NCBI GenBank assembly: GCA_038087875.1
Contig: CM075991.1
Span: 6,696,001-6,760,000 of the forward strand
Source of the DNA: Malacoraja senta
Lineage: Eukaryota
Direction: 5' to 3'
Length of the DNA: 64,000 nt
The notes beneath the pieces were generated by a model that was not told the origin of the DNA, searched no databases, and was given only the letters and a program-made list of their open reading frames with translations. This document shows positions 1 to 64,000 of the stretch, piece by piece. The translations under genes and the position numbers were made by a program. The number at the start of each line of letters is the position of its first letter. Position 1 is the stretch's first letter.

Positions 1-86
1 TGAGCGAGAGAGTGAGAGAGAGCAAGAGAGAGAGAACAAGAGGAGAGAGAGAACGAGAATGAGAATGAGCGAGAGAGCAAGAGAGA
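1..86. repeat. Imperfect (GA)n microsatellite
   Basis: gagagagtgagagagagcaagagagagagaac... purine dinucleotide run. Confidence 0.9.
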
Positions 87-1784
87 TACTGAAGCTTTGA
101 AAATCACAGTAAAATCAAAGCAAATCAAAGCCTTGAAGCAGTTATATAATTGCTGTCCTAGTTTTGTTACAAAACCAGTGTAGAGTTTGGTACTTGCACT
201 GATCTCAGTAGATCCTTTAGATGAAACCTTTAAAAAAAATTTAATTAAACCACAGCACCTCCCTTGGTTCTGAAAGGTGCATGTAACAACAGACATCACA
301 TTACACTAGAATTGCACAATACTGCAGCTGGAATAACAACTCACAATTGTATATTTTTACTCGTATGAATATAAAACCAAAAAGGGAGAAAAGACTGATC
401 TTTAAGAAACCTACTTGTTAATCCACAATGATTAGAAACTACAGTAATACAGGTTGCATAGGTTGGCGACACATCAACCTTTAGAGTGAAGAGACAGCAT
501 TTTTACAGGCAGTTCACGTACATTATTTCAATTGGGAATCAGAAAAGCAAAATTAGTTCTGTTGGAAGCAAAAAGAACATGGATATAAGTACAGGTTACA
601 TAGATAAGACTTGAGGTTACAACAAGATGCACATTATTGGTTACAAGAAAAATGCAGCTTAGTGCAGGGATTGAAGGAATGTAAATAATCAGAGCAGAAA
701 ATGTCACTATTTGTTAAAACAAAATAATGCAAACATCAAATGGCATGAACGCATTCTGAACTGAAAAAAAAAAGCATTATAGCTATAGAATTAAGCTATC
801 TGGATACTGTCACATAAGAAACTCATACTTCAGGAATTTTTCAGTACAGGAAAGCTGTCTCACGAGGCTTTTCAAATTGAAAGAGATCAAATGTGCAACA
901 TACTTTCCACGGATACATATTGTGATCTCCAAGTTCCTGTCATTTTAATGTGGTGGGCTGTTTTGGAATTTATTGTGCCAGCTGGTAGGAACTCAGTGGT
1001 GTGCCAATATCAGCATTGCTCTGTGGACCGGCCAACAGTGAGATTTTGAGCAACACCCTGTTTCCTTTGCAGCTCGTTCCCTACAGCTGGATAAGGGAGC
1101 TGGTGAGATGTAATGCATTGCATAGGAGAAAACAGAAATATGTATGCACTGGTTCATTGTCGGGATTTTTAACAAATTTACACTTGCAGTAGCAGAGATT
1201 GGCACATGGGATCTTCAGACAGATAGCAGTTGAGTGGCCAGTGATTTGGCTGCTGTTCATATCAATGAGGCCAGGGGGGGAATCTATCTGTGTCAGGACC
1301 AATGCAAGACTTTGCTCCACATAACACATTGTGGATCTAATCCACTATCACCTATTTTAACAGTGCCACTACATAGGTCAGCATGCATATTGTGGAGCAG
1401 TGCTGTAAACCAACATGTGCTGGCATTATCGGCCTGATCTGACAAATGCATCATTTGGTGCAAGGGCAAGCAAGCTTTGAAGATTCTGACTGTATGAAGT
1501 GTGAAGGTACAGAAGCCATTTTCATACATTTCAGCTACATCGCCTACCCTGTCAAAGCATAGTTCAAATGACATAAGCCACTGTTATATTCAACTTACAT
1601 TTTGCTTGTAGTATGCCGCTTTGACCGTACTGTTGGGAATACACGTTTTCCATGCTACTCTTTTTAAAAAACCCAACTAATTACATTTTGACAGACAGAA
1701 AACACCATATATTACAATTGGTATGAAGTAAGTGGTGGAGCATAACAGAGGATGCCTATTAGCCTGCCCATTACCTTTTCTCTC

Positions 1785-2140
1785 AACCACCTGGGAGAAA
1801 ATACAGGAACTTGAGAGCACAGACACTCGGGCTTAAGAACATCTTCTTTCTCCACTGCTGTCAGACTCCTGCACCAATTAAATATTATACACCCGCTTCC
1901 TGGGGGTGCTGCTCACATACTATTACTCTTAAATCCACCTAAATTGCGTTATTCCATTATTGCACTTTAGTGTTTTTTTGCATTATTTCAGATTGCACTA
2001 TTCTGCTGTTTTGCATTTGTCATTTTATTTATTGTTACATCTATCATTACCATGTATACTTTTTACTCTATGAGCTTCATGCAAACAAGGAATTATATTG
2101 CACCTTGGTGTATGAGACAATAAATTAATCTAATGTAATC
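1785..2140 (+). mobile_element. Rex1/Babar-type LINE 3' end, degenerate
   Basis: cttaagaacatcttctttctccactgctgtcag and the tail ggtgtatgagacaataaa, shared with the RT-bearing copy at 30619-31870. Confidence 0.65.
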
Positions 2141-3158
2141 TATTTATAGATTTTGATAACATTTATTTCACTGCTTGCAAATGCTGAAAATATAGTCACG
2201 TATTATATAAGTTTACGCATATCTCAGAGTCATCCAATTGGGTTGGCCAAGGCCGCGTAAAGAGGGGTGTGGGAAGGACAGTTGAAGGAAGCAAATGCTA
2301 TAAGTGAAATCATTAAAATCCAATACAAAAACAAAGGGAACCAATACTGGAGAGGAAATCATACATCTGCCAGATGGAGCATTCATTGCTAAATTTATTT
2401 TTTCAATTTCAAATCGGCACAAACAACACACATGTGGAGTATACCATTCATGAACACAACACTTATCTATTGTTCCCTAGTGGTGGATAATACACTGTGT
2501 ATATTATATGCAGTGTACAATACATAGGTAAATGGGGATGGTCAGCAGGAAGTCTTGCTATGCTATTAGCTACCTTGGTCTGGTCATTTTGTAAATATAC
2601 GAGAACATCAGGAAAGACACACTCCCGTCATCATCCTCAAATAATACATATAAATAGTCTTATACTACTTGACCAATGGGCAAAGCCAAGAGATGCCCTT
2701 GTGCAATATTTGGAAAGAGAGGAACCCACTGGAGACTATTCTGGAAAAGGTTTTGTCTTATGAACACAAAATATATATTTTAAAGAAGTGGTTTGGTTAA
2801 TTCATGAGTAAAATCTTGTGAGACATTAAGCACTGAAACTTTCATGAAGCCTCGCATTAGGTTATTTAATTAACTGGAGCCTTGTTGAATGAGTTGGAAC
2901 TTTTATACTAGTTTAGGCAATCGCCAAAATGTTAAAGAGGATGTCCCCAAGGGTTGGCACCAGTACGATTGGTATATTTGATAAGTGTGAGATAAAAGAA
3001 GAGCAAAATCTAAACCAAACAAATTAAGCTCACCACTTTATTAGGTCACAGAAAGGTAAATGACATTTGGCCCAGGTAAATGTAATGTCGAGTGTGGTCA
3101 GATCACCTCAGAACATTGCCACGACATGAAATCATCCTGAAAGGAGCTAAGAGGAAAT

Positions 3159-3821
3159 GAAAGGTAGACACAAAATGCTGGAGTAACTCAGCGGGTCAGG
3201 CAGCATCTCTGGAGAAAGAATGGATGACGTTTCGGGTCGAGACCCTTCTTCAGACTGATGTCAGGGGAGGGGGCGGGACAAAGATAGAATATAGTTGGAG
3301 ACAGTAGTGGGAGAACTGGGAAGGGGGAGGGGATGGAGAGAGCAAGCAAGGGCTATCTGAAGTTAGAGAAGTCAATGTTCATACCGCTAGGGTGTAAACT
3401 ACCCAAACAAAATATGAGGTGCTGTTCCTCCAATTTGCGCTGGGACTCACTCTGACAATGAAGGAGGCCCAGGACAGAAAGGTCAGATTGGGAATGGAAG
3501 GGGGAGTTGAAGTGCTGAGCCACCGGGAGATCAGGTAGGTTAAGATGGACTGAGCGGAGGTGTTCAGCGAAACGATCGCCGAGCCGCCGCTTGGTCTCAC
3601 CGATGTAGAGAAGTTGACACCTGGAACAGCGGATACAGTAGATGAGATTGGATGAGGTGCAAGAGAACCTCAGCCTCACCTGGAAAGACTGTTTGGGTCC
3701 TTGGACGGAGTCGAGGGGGGAGGTAAAGGGACAGGTGTTGCATCTCCTGCGGTTGCAAGGGAAAGTACCCGGGGAGGGGGTAGTTTGGGTGGGAAGAGAC
3801 AAGTTGACCAGGGAGTTTTGG
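3159..3821 (-). mobile_element. Penelope-like retroelement 3' part: GIY-YIG endonuclease ORF (3353..3802) plus terminal repeat with hammerhead core
   Basis: CNRRRCNTC...NLIYCIRC...YIGETKRRLGDRFAEH...HF...E...GMN is the PLE GIY-YIG signature; followed by ctgaagaagggtctcgacccgaaacgtc. Confidence 0.93.
3226..3253 (-). ncRNA. Minimal type-I hammerhead ribozyme motif (PLE-associated)
   Basis: CUGAAGA-A-GGGUC UC GACCC-GAAA-CGUC; palindromic ACGU stem III; GUC cleavage triplet; stem I is very short. Confidence 0.6.
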
Positions 3822-5825
3822 AAAAAATTATGCCTGTGTTATTTGCACAAAGCATTGAATGTTCACAATTAATAGAGAATCGGCGGCAAATGCAAACAAT
3901 GCAACAGCGATATTTATAACTGATGAAGGACACCATTTTGTCATTGTGCAGATCTTTGGTTAAATGCATCAAATACAGTGAGCGTTTAATACAGCTCTGG
4001 TCCCCTCACATCAAGGAGCTGGCTAAAGGTTCATAATACAGTCTGAGGAAATGATTTCTCACATAAAGAAACTGATTAAAAGAACTGGATCTACTTCTTC
4101 TCAAGCAAAGGCTTAACATCAACTAATAAGAGGTTTAGTCAGTCGTGAAAGGGATAGATTTTGTGCCAATTTATGGAGGATTCCAGTTTGAAAGACTGGA
4201 GAGGAGAGTGGAAAGTAAACACACAAACTGTGCAAATTTAGTAATGGACAACTCTGTTCCCTCTATAGGTTGTGACTGGAACCAGTATTCAAGTACATAT
4301 TATCTCTTTGAACAGTTGTTTATCACTCGAGGGTGTCGGGAACAGTGGGTAAGGGCAGGATAGGTTTATTTTAGTAGGTTTATACAATGGTCTGGCTCTG
4401 TCTGCCAATTTATATGTGCTATTATAGAAAGCCATCAATGAAAGCTCTCCTTCGTACTAGTGGATTCCTGTGCATCTTCCCGGATTACCTGTAATAACTT
4501 GCAAACATGGATAGGTGATCCCAAAATGTCACCTATCCATATTCTTCAGCGATGCTGCCTAACCCACTGAATTACCCCAGCACTTTGTGTCCTTCTTTAA
4601 TAACCAGCATCTGCAGTGCCTTGTGTATCACATTCTCTTATTTTAACATTAATGCTCTCCTCTAGAGGACCCTTCGATAGTTACTCTGTGCAGGATTACG
4701 AAACGGTGCCAACATAAACTTACAGCAGGCTATTCTTTCAGAATCCATTTTTCATTGCTTCAAACACATTTCATACAATAACAGCTATTAAAGCCATGCG
4801 GACAATTCTGAACCAGCTAGAATTGGGCAAACAAGGGGGGCTTAAATTAAAAATTGCTGGCCCCACTTTAATAAAGAAAATTGTGCTTAAAATAATTTTT
4901 AATTGACAATAACAATCTGAGGAATATGAGAATTGACATTTTAAAAAAAAATCAACTTTCACAGATAGACACATCCACTGATGAAAATGCAAGAAGCAGA
5001 ATAGAGTTCTCACAACAAAGTTCCTGCCACATTTTCACATTTAAGCAGCCACAGGAAGTTAATGAAATCCACAGCTACAGACTTGTATTAACCAGAGACT
5101 AGCACAAAAGTCAGGCATTTACATTTCTGAACTCCCAGATGACAATACAAATGTCAACAAAATAGCCCAATTATCATCAACAAGGCTCCTCAGTGGCTAA
5201 ACTGAACAGCCACATACTTTATTTCCTCACCTGTTTAATGAGAGGTGGATTGCTATTGATAATCATGATCCCATTATTTTTTAAGTATATTGTGATTTAC
5301 CTAGGTCAAAAAATGATTTATATAGGTTATCAATGATAAATATCCTTATTGGAGAAAGGAAAATAATTGGAACATATCTCATTGGACCTTTTCTGCCGTT
5401 TCCAATCTTGAACACAATGTACTTATTGGTAATGACAAGAAGCCAAAACAAACCTAGAATCCCATACACAAAAGGCCAGAGAATCTCAGCGGGTTAAACA
5501 GCATTTCTGGAGAAAATGAATAGGTGACATTTCGGGTTGAGACGCTTCAGATTATAAATTGTTCTGAATATAAACAGGTTAAACTTAAGGGCGATTTTTT
5601 TTTTTCTCTGAACACTTATATGCTGCTACAATTTTTTTTCATTTCATTTCAACATGTCACTTCTGTTGCACTAAATTCCTGACAAATTCAAGTTGGTTTA
5701 TTGGGATGCAACATGTACAATGTTTTCAAATAGAGGTCTTGATCATAATCCCACTGGGAGAGCCAAGATTCCAAGGACAAAACTGAGGCATTGAACTGGT
5801 AATGGGCCACAACGACATTCTTTGT

Positions 5826-5989
5826 GATTTTTCAACGTTGAAAATCCTGCAACGACCAGAAAGACGCTACGACTCTTTGGGCGACTGAGGAGACTACTCA
5901 CGACCATGCAGACGACACCCCAGTGACCATGTGGCGACAGCCTAGTCGCCTGTAGTCGCCTAAAAAATTGCCTAAGTGGGACAGGCCCT
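5826..5989. mobile_element. Partial PIF/Harbinger-type MITE
   Basis: One TIR (gtgggacaggccct) followed by taa; internal sequence matches 28938-29238. Confidence 0.7.
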
Positions 5990-6239
5990 TAAGTGGCTGA
6001 TTGTCCAACCATCAGGGTCATTAGTATGGACCAAGATCACTCCAAAGCCATATCCCTTTTAGGTTTGATGAGCAGGTAAATGAGCAGGTAAAGTAATTTA
6101 TAGGGTAAAGGACAGCCATCAGGAATAAGAAAATCACGTCCTTCCAAACCTCACACTGAAACAAAAAATGGGGAAAATGTTCACGGCGAGAGAAAAGGTT
6201 TCAGCTCTTCAGTCTTCCAAAGAAAGCGCATTAAGCAAT

Positions 6240-7790
6240 GTATTATACTGGAGGTGACAATATCATGAAGCAAGATCTTTTGAAAGTGGTAGCTAGTGAA
6301 GTGGAACACAAGGAAATTGGGAACTCTATTGCTTTGACTACTGACTATAAGATTCTATTATTACGTCTCAACATGATCGCCTATTAAATCTTCCAAACAC
6401 CGCCAACTACAGTAATGAAACCTCCCTTCAAGCTTTTCCATTCATCTTTTGCTTTCAACATAATTTCACCGACTCTACTTCAAGGAAGATCAAGGAGATT
6501 AGACAGCTGGTACAATGTGCAAACAGGAGACAAATAAAATCAAATGGCGAGAAATATGAAGTTATATTTTGGTAGGAAGGAGAGTGTGTACAATTTTAAA
6601 AGAGTATAAGAACAGAGCCATTTGAAGGGGGAGGGGGGAGACTATGTGCATCCTTCACTGAAAATGAAGTTACATTAAGAAGGTGGTCAAAATTATACAA
6701 TATATATAAAATCACGAGAGGCATAGATGGGGTAGACAGTCAGAACCTTTTTCACAGGATGGAAAAATAAAATACTAAAGGGCATAGCTTTAGGATGAGA
6801 GGGGCAACGTTTAAAGGATACGGGTTTTTTTTACACACAGAGGGTGCCTGGAATGCGCTGACAGGGTGTTGGTTGAAGCAGATACATTTAAAAGATTTTT
6901 AGAGAGGCATATGGATATGCAGAGAATGGACAGATATGAGTTATGTACAGATAAATAAGTGCTGTTCTTGGCATCATGTTCAGCACAGACATTGTGGGTC
7001 GAAGGGACTGTTCTTGTGCTGAACTGTTTTATGTTATATTGTAATTTTACAGATCCAGTGGTTATCTTTCAACTGATCTATGTTCTATGTCTATCCTGGG
7101 CTTTATAAAAATCAGCAATGGAGTCAAAGAACAAGAAAGGCATAATGAACCATTATATACACATGTGTGGCTACAATTGGAGTACTATATTGAATTCCTG
7201 GTGTCAGGTGAGAACGTTTCAGAGAGAGGATGGAGGACAGATTAACCAAAATGATTCTTGGCATGAAAGACATAATGAAGATGGGGACTCAAGAAACTGC
7301 AGATGCTGGTATTCTGAGCAAAACACAAAGTGTTGGAAGACCTCTGAGTTCCTCCAGTACGTTGTGTTTTGCTTATGTTAAAGATGGAGCAGTCTACATG
7401 AAAAAGGGGAGGATACTTACGAGATGTGGTACAGGTAATTACTACCATGAAAGCTGTAGACTGAATCAAGGAAAATAAACTGTTCTCATTGGCAAAGGGG
7501 TAAAAAACTGGGGAACACAGAAAGAAGCTGATTGTCAAAGAAACGAACAGTGACATGAGGATTAAAATATATACAGCATGTGGTTTGAATTTGGAATACA
7601 TTACATTTGAAACTACTGCCACTACTAGGTAGAGTCAGACTGGATAAGTATCCAAAAACAAAAGATTTTGGGGAGCTGTTGGGAGAGGATGTGGAAATGA
7701 GACTTGTGGGGCTGTTCTTGCATAGAATCTGAATGGCATGTCAAATAGTTTCCTTCCATATTGTAACCATTATACAGTAATATTTGATAG
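6240..7790 (+). mobile_element. Degenerate CR1 LINE with a younger CR1 3' end nested at ~6700-7035
   Basis: gaggcatagat...gggcatagctttaggatgagaggggc...gggtcgaagggactgttcttgtgctg CR1 3' sequence; decayed RT-like flanks. Confidence 0.65.
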
Positions 7791-8204
7791 AAAACACAGT
7801 GTATGAAATAATAAGAGCATTTCTGTACATGAATGAATAATCTGTAGGTTATGCCCAAAATTATATTTCATTCCTCGTATTTCTTTAAAAATAATTTAAA
7901 GTTTTCATTTCATCCAATCTTGATGATCAGTTCCATTTTCATCCACTCAAATCACAATTTTTCTCTCAAGATGGCCTCATCTTAAACCCTTCAATGACAA
8001 CTACTTTCAATGTCCTTGGTTGACTTTGACAACTGAGTTTGTTATGTGTTCTATCTCACATCTTTCATTACTTCCTGCTTTTGCCTTGAAAGCAGCCAAG
8101 AGTTGGTTTAAATTGACATATGTACCAAAAACAGAACGATTAAATTCTTACTTGCAGCAGCATAATAGGTCTGTAAACACAGTACTCATAGATAGGAACA
8201 CTCA

Positions 8205-8540
8205 CACCCCCGTCATTCCCTCTTATTCCCTCTCCCATCAGGCAGAAGATACTAAAGCTTGAAAATGCTATATTCAAGAACAGCTTCTTTTGCTGTTATC
8301 AAACTCTTGAATAGATCTCTCATTTGTTAGGGCTGAGTTCCCAATGTTTCAATCGATCTCATTACGGCCCTTGCACTTTTCAAAAAGATGTGCACTTTGT
8401 CTATAGCTGCAATACTCTATGCTGAAATCTTGTTTATTTTCTCATTTGTACGACCTGATTTACTCATGTATGGTTTGATTTGCTTGGACGGTGGGCAAAG
8501 TTTTTCACTGTATCTCGGTATACATGACAATAGTAAACCT
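8205..8540 (+). mobile_element. Rex1/Babar-type LINE 3' end
   Basis: ctctcccatcaggcagaagatac...ttcaagaacagcttc...ttcactgtatctcggtatacatgacaata. Confidence 0.75.
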
Positions 8541-10389
8541 GGAGAGCAGTTCATAAAGAGAGACTTCGACAGTGACTAACGTAAAAGGTACTGTTAACAC
8601 CAAATCTCCAATCTGTGCCCAGGCTATATAAGCAGGTGAAAGGTAAAAATCTAGTCTTACTGCTCTGGTGCCTGGCACTTGAAAACTCTGGAGTTACTGC
8701 ACCAATCTTTCACAAAAGAGCCACCAAAATTAAAGAGGGATCATACAGTTGTACGAGGTAACTAGGCGTTCAGGAAGGAAAATTGGACAATTTATCAGAA
8801 CCAAACTTTTCATTCTACACACTGCGGAAAGAACCCAATATTACTTCAAACAGAAATCCTGGTCCTCCTCCTAACACACAATAACACTGATGAGAGATAA
8901 AACTGTACCTCAATTGGTACACGTGACAATAAAATACCTTTGAACTCCACAGATCTGTAGAGGCACCGTGTGATAGTGAATTTGATCATTGAATCATCAT
9001 AATCAGTCACATTTTGAACAGTGTCAACATTTACAAGATTACATCAGTTTTGGATAACAAGGCACAGCTTGCCTCAACACAGTTGGCTATATGCTGACAC
9101 TGCTTCATTTTAAACCACTTAATTTACAGAATTACCCAATAACTTATTTTTATATAAAGCTGGCAAACTTTGATTTAATGGAACTTCAAAGGCCAAAAGT
9201 CTCACCTGCATTTGATGACAGGGAGTACAAAGGGCACGGAGTTTTGGAATACTCCATGCAGATCACAAAACACTGCATGGCATTTGAGATAAGAATGCAA
9301 GGAAGGAGGGCAGCAACCAAAATTCTTGACTATTATTAAAATCCTATTTCTTCATAAGATTCCAATTTGCGTTAAGAAATATAATCCACTGGGTAGTTGT
9401 TTAGATCCAAATTTCACAGTGCCCCTACACTCTGCAGATATCAACCTCCACAACGGCATCAACAATTCTTATTTGGCAGCTCTTTGTTATAATTTTGTTT
9501 TAATTGAATCAAAAAGAGTTTTCAACTTCCTCAGTGAGGCGGTGTTGATTATAATCTTTCTATGTAATACAAGGATGGGTAGATTGGACTTTCAGAGAAT
9601 TTCAACATACATCAAGTCCAGATTTGCCCATATCACAGCTACTTCCACTTTATAGGGTTAATATATTTCAGAGTTTTTTTTGACCTGACTAAATCCACAG
9701 ATTTTGTCTGTGGAAGGGCTAATAGTGTCAAGTGCCAAATAATTTCATCAAAGCAGGGACACACTCAACAATACACTGAAATTAGTAATTGTACATCAAT
9801 CACTCTAACACTGTTAGTTTTCGACATGTATTGTTCACAACTTGCAGTTCGATACAGAAACCATACAAATGACATTCCTGTATCCAACAATACTGTCATT
9901 GACTTGACCTGTTAAGAGAAAGCATTCCAAAAAGATCTATTGATTTTGCTAGTAAATACCTCACTAATATTTCCATGAAAATAAATAATTTAACGGTATG
10001 AAAAAGCAAAACCAAGTTTGTTTAAAAGTTGGGATCAGGACATAATGCACTATTGTTTCAGTTTTGTACACTGAATTCTGTTAAATTAATTAATGCCTAT
10101 CTACCCTTTCTAGGATTTTTCAGAATTTACTTTGAAGAGGACACAATCTCAATAATCAATATGACCATACTTTTGCTAAAATGGCAAAATTATATCAATT
10201 TCAAAGATGAAAGAAAATGTCAGAAAGGTCATGCTTATTAGACAGGACACAATGGCAAGATAGCAAAATGAAAATGCAACCTATTTCCTCAGTCAATGAA
10301 ACCTTGTCACAGATTGCATGGACAATCCAGAGGGAGATGCAAATGGCGGTGCAGAGGGCTGCTGAATTTAACGTGCTTGCTGGGCCATC

Positions 10390-63724
<53,335 letters not shown>

Positions 63725-64000
63725 TCAAAGCAACAAACGTGAGCTAAAGCAGGAGAGATACTTAACCTTGAAAGGAGCTATGAGAGACCTAATACAGACA
63801 TGCAAGATTGCAGAATGAAAAAGGATAAATCCTTTTAATCTGCAAGGTAGGCGATGTGTATAAATGCAGCCAGTCAACTGGCGAGCTGTTAAGTATGTCA
63901 AAAGTTATAAATGATTTCTGAACCCACAAAGTGCAACTTGAAGACTAGAAATGAAAATTGTCGTGGGCGTGATTTGATGCACTGACTGGTTTTCCCTTTC

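Noticed and set aside
90-10389. Defined AAK1 3' UTR end / polyadenylation site
   Set aside because: Several AATAAA/ATTAAA hexamers occur on the minus strand in AT-rich or repeat DNA; none can be singled out without 3'-end data.

Overview
Eukaryotic (vertebrate) genomic DNA. The repeat content (HE1/V-type SINEs, CR1, Rex1/Babar, Penelope) points to a cartilaginous fish, probably a skate or ray; this is an inference. The window is almost entirely one minus-strand gene, AP2-associated kinase 1 (AAK1, NAK family). I assembled 18 coding exons by hand between 63684 and the stop codon at 10390. All are GT-AG and frame-consistent, giving 2519 nt (about 839 aa): the C-terminal part of the kinase domain, the Q/P/A-rich region and the AP2/clathrin-binding tail ending ...VDQLIDL*. 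The N-terminal exons lie beyond the right edge. The introns are dense with nested mobile elements. The most notable accessory signals are: (i) a large set of Penelope-derived terminal repeats carrying minimal hammerhead-ribozyme cores, including ~220-bp hairpin elements with 13-15-bp target-site duplications; (ii) a candidate 36-nt frame-preserving exon downstream of the stop exon, suggesting an extra-long isoform; (iii) several candidate alternative or unproductive splicing elements in the modular C-terminal exons; (iv) a LINE-in-SINE insertion with a duplicated 5' junction. No rRNA, tRNA or CRISPR array was found. Repeat boundaries were read by eye and are approximate unless a TSD or TIR is quoted.
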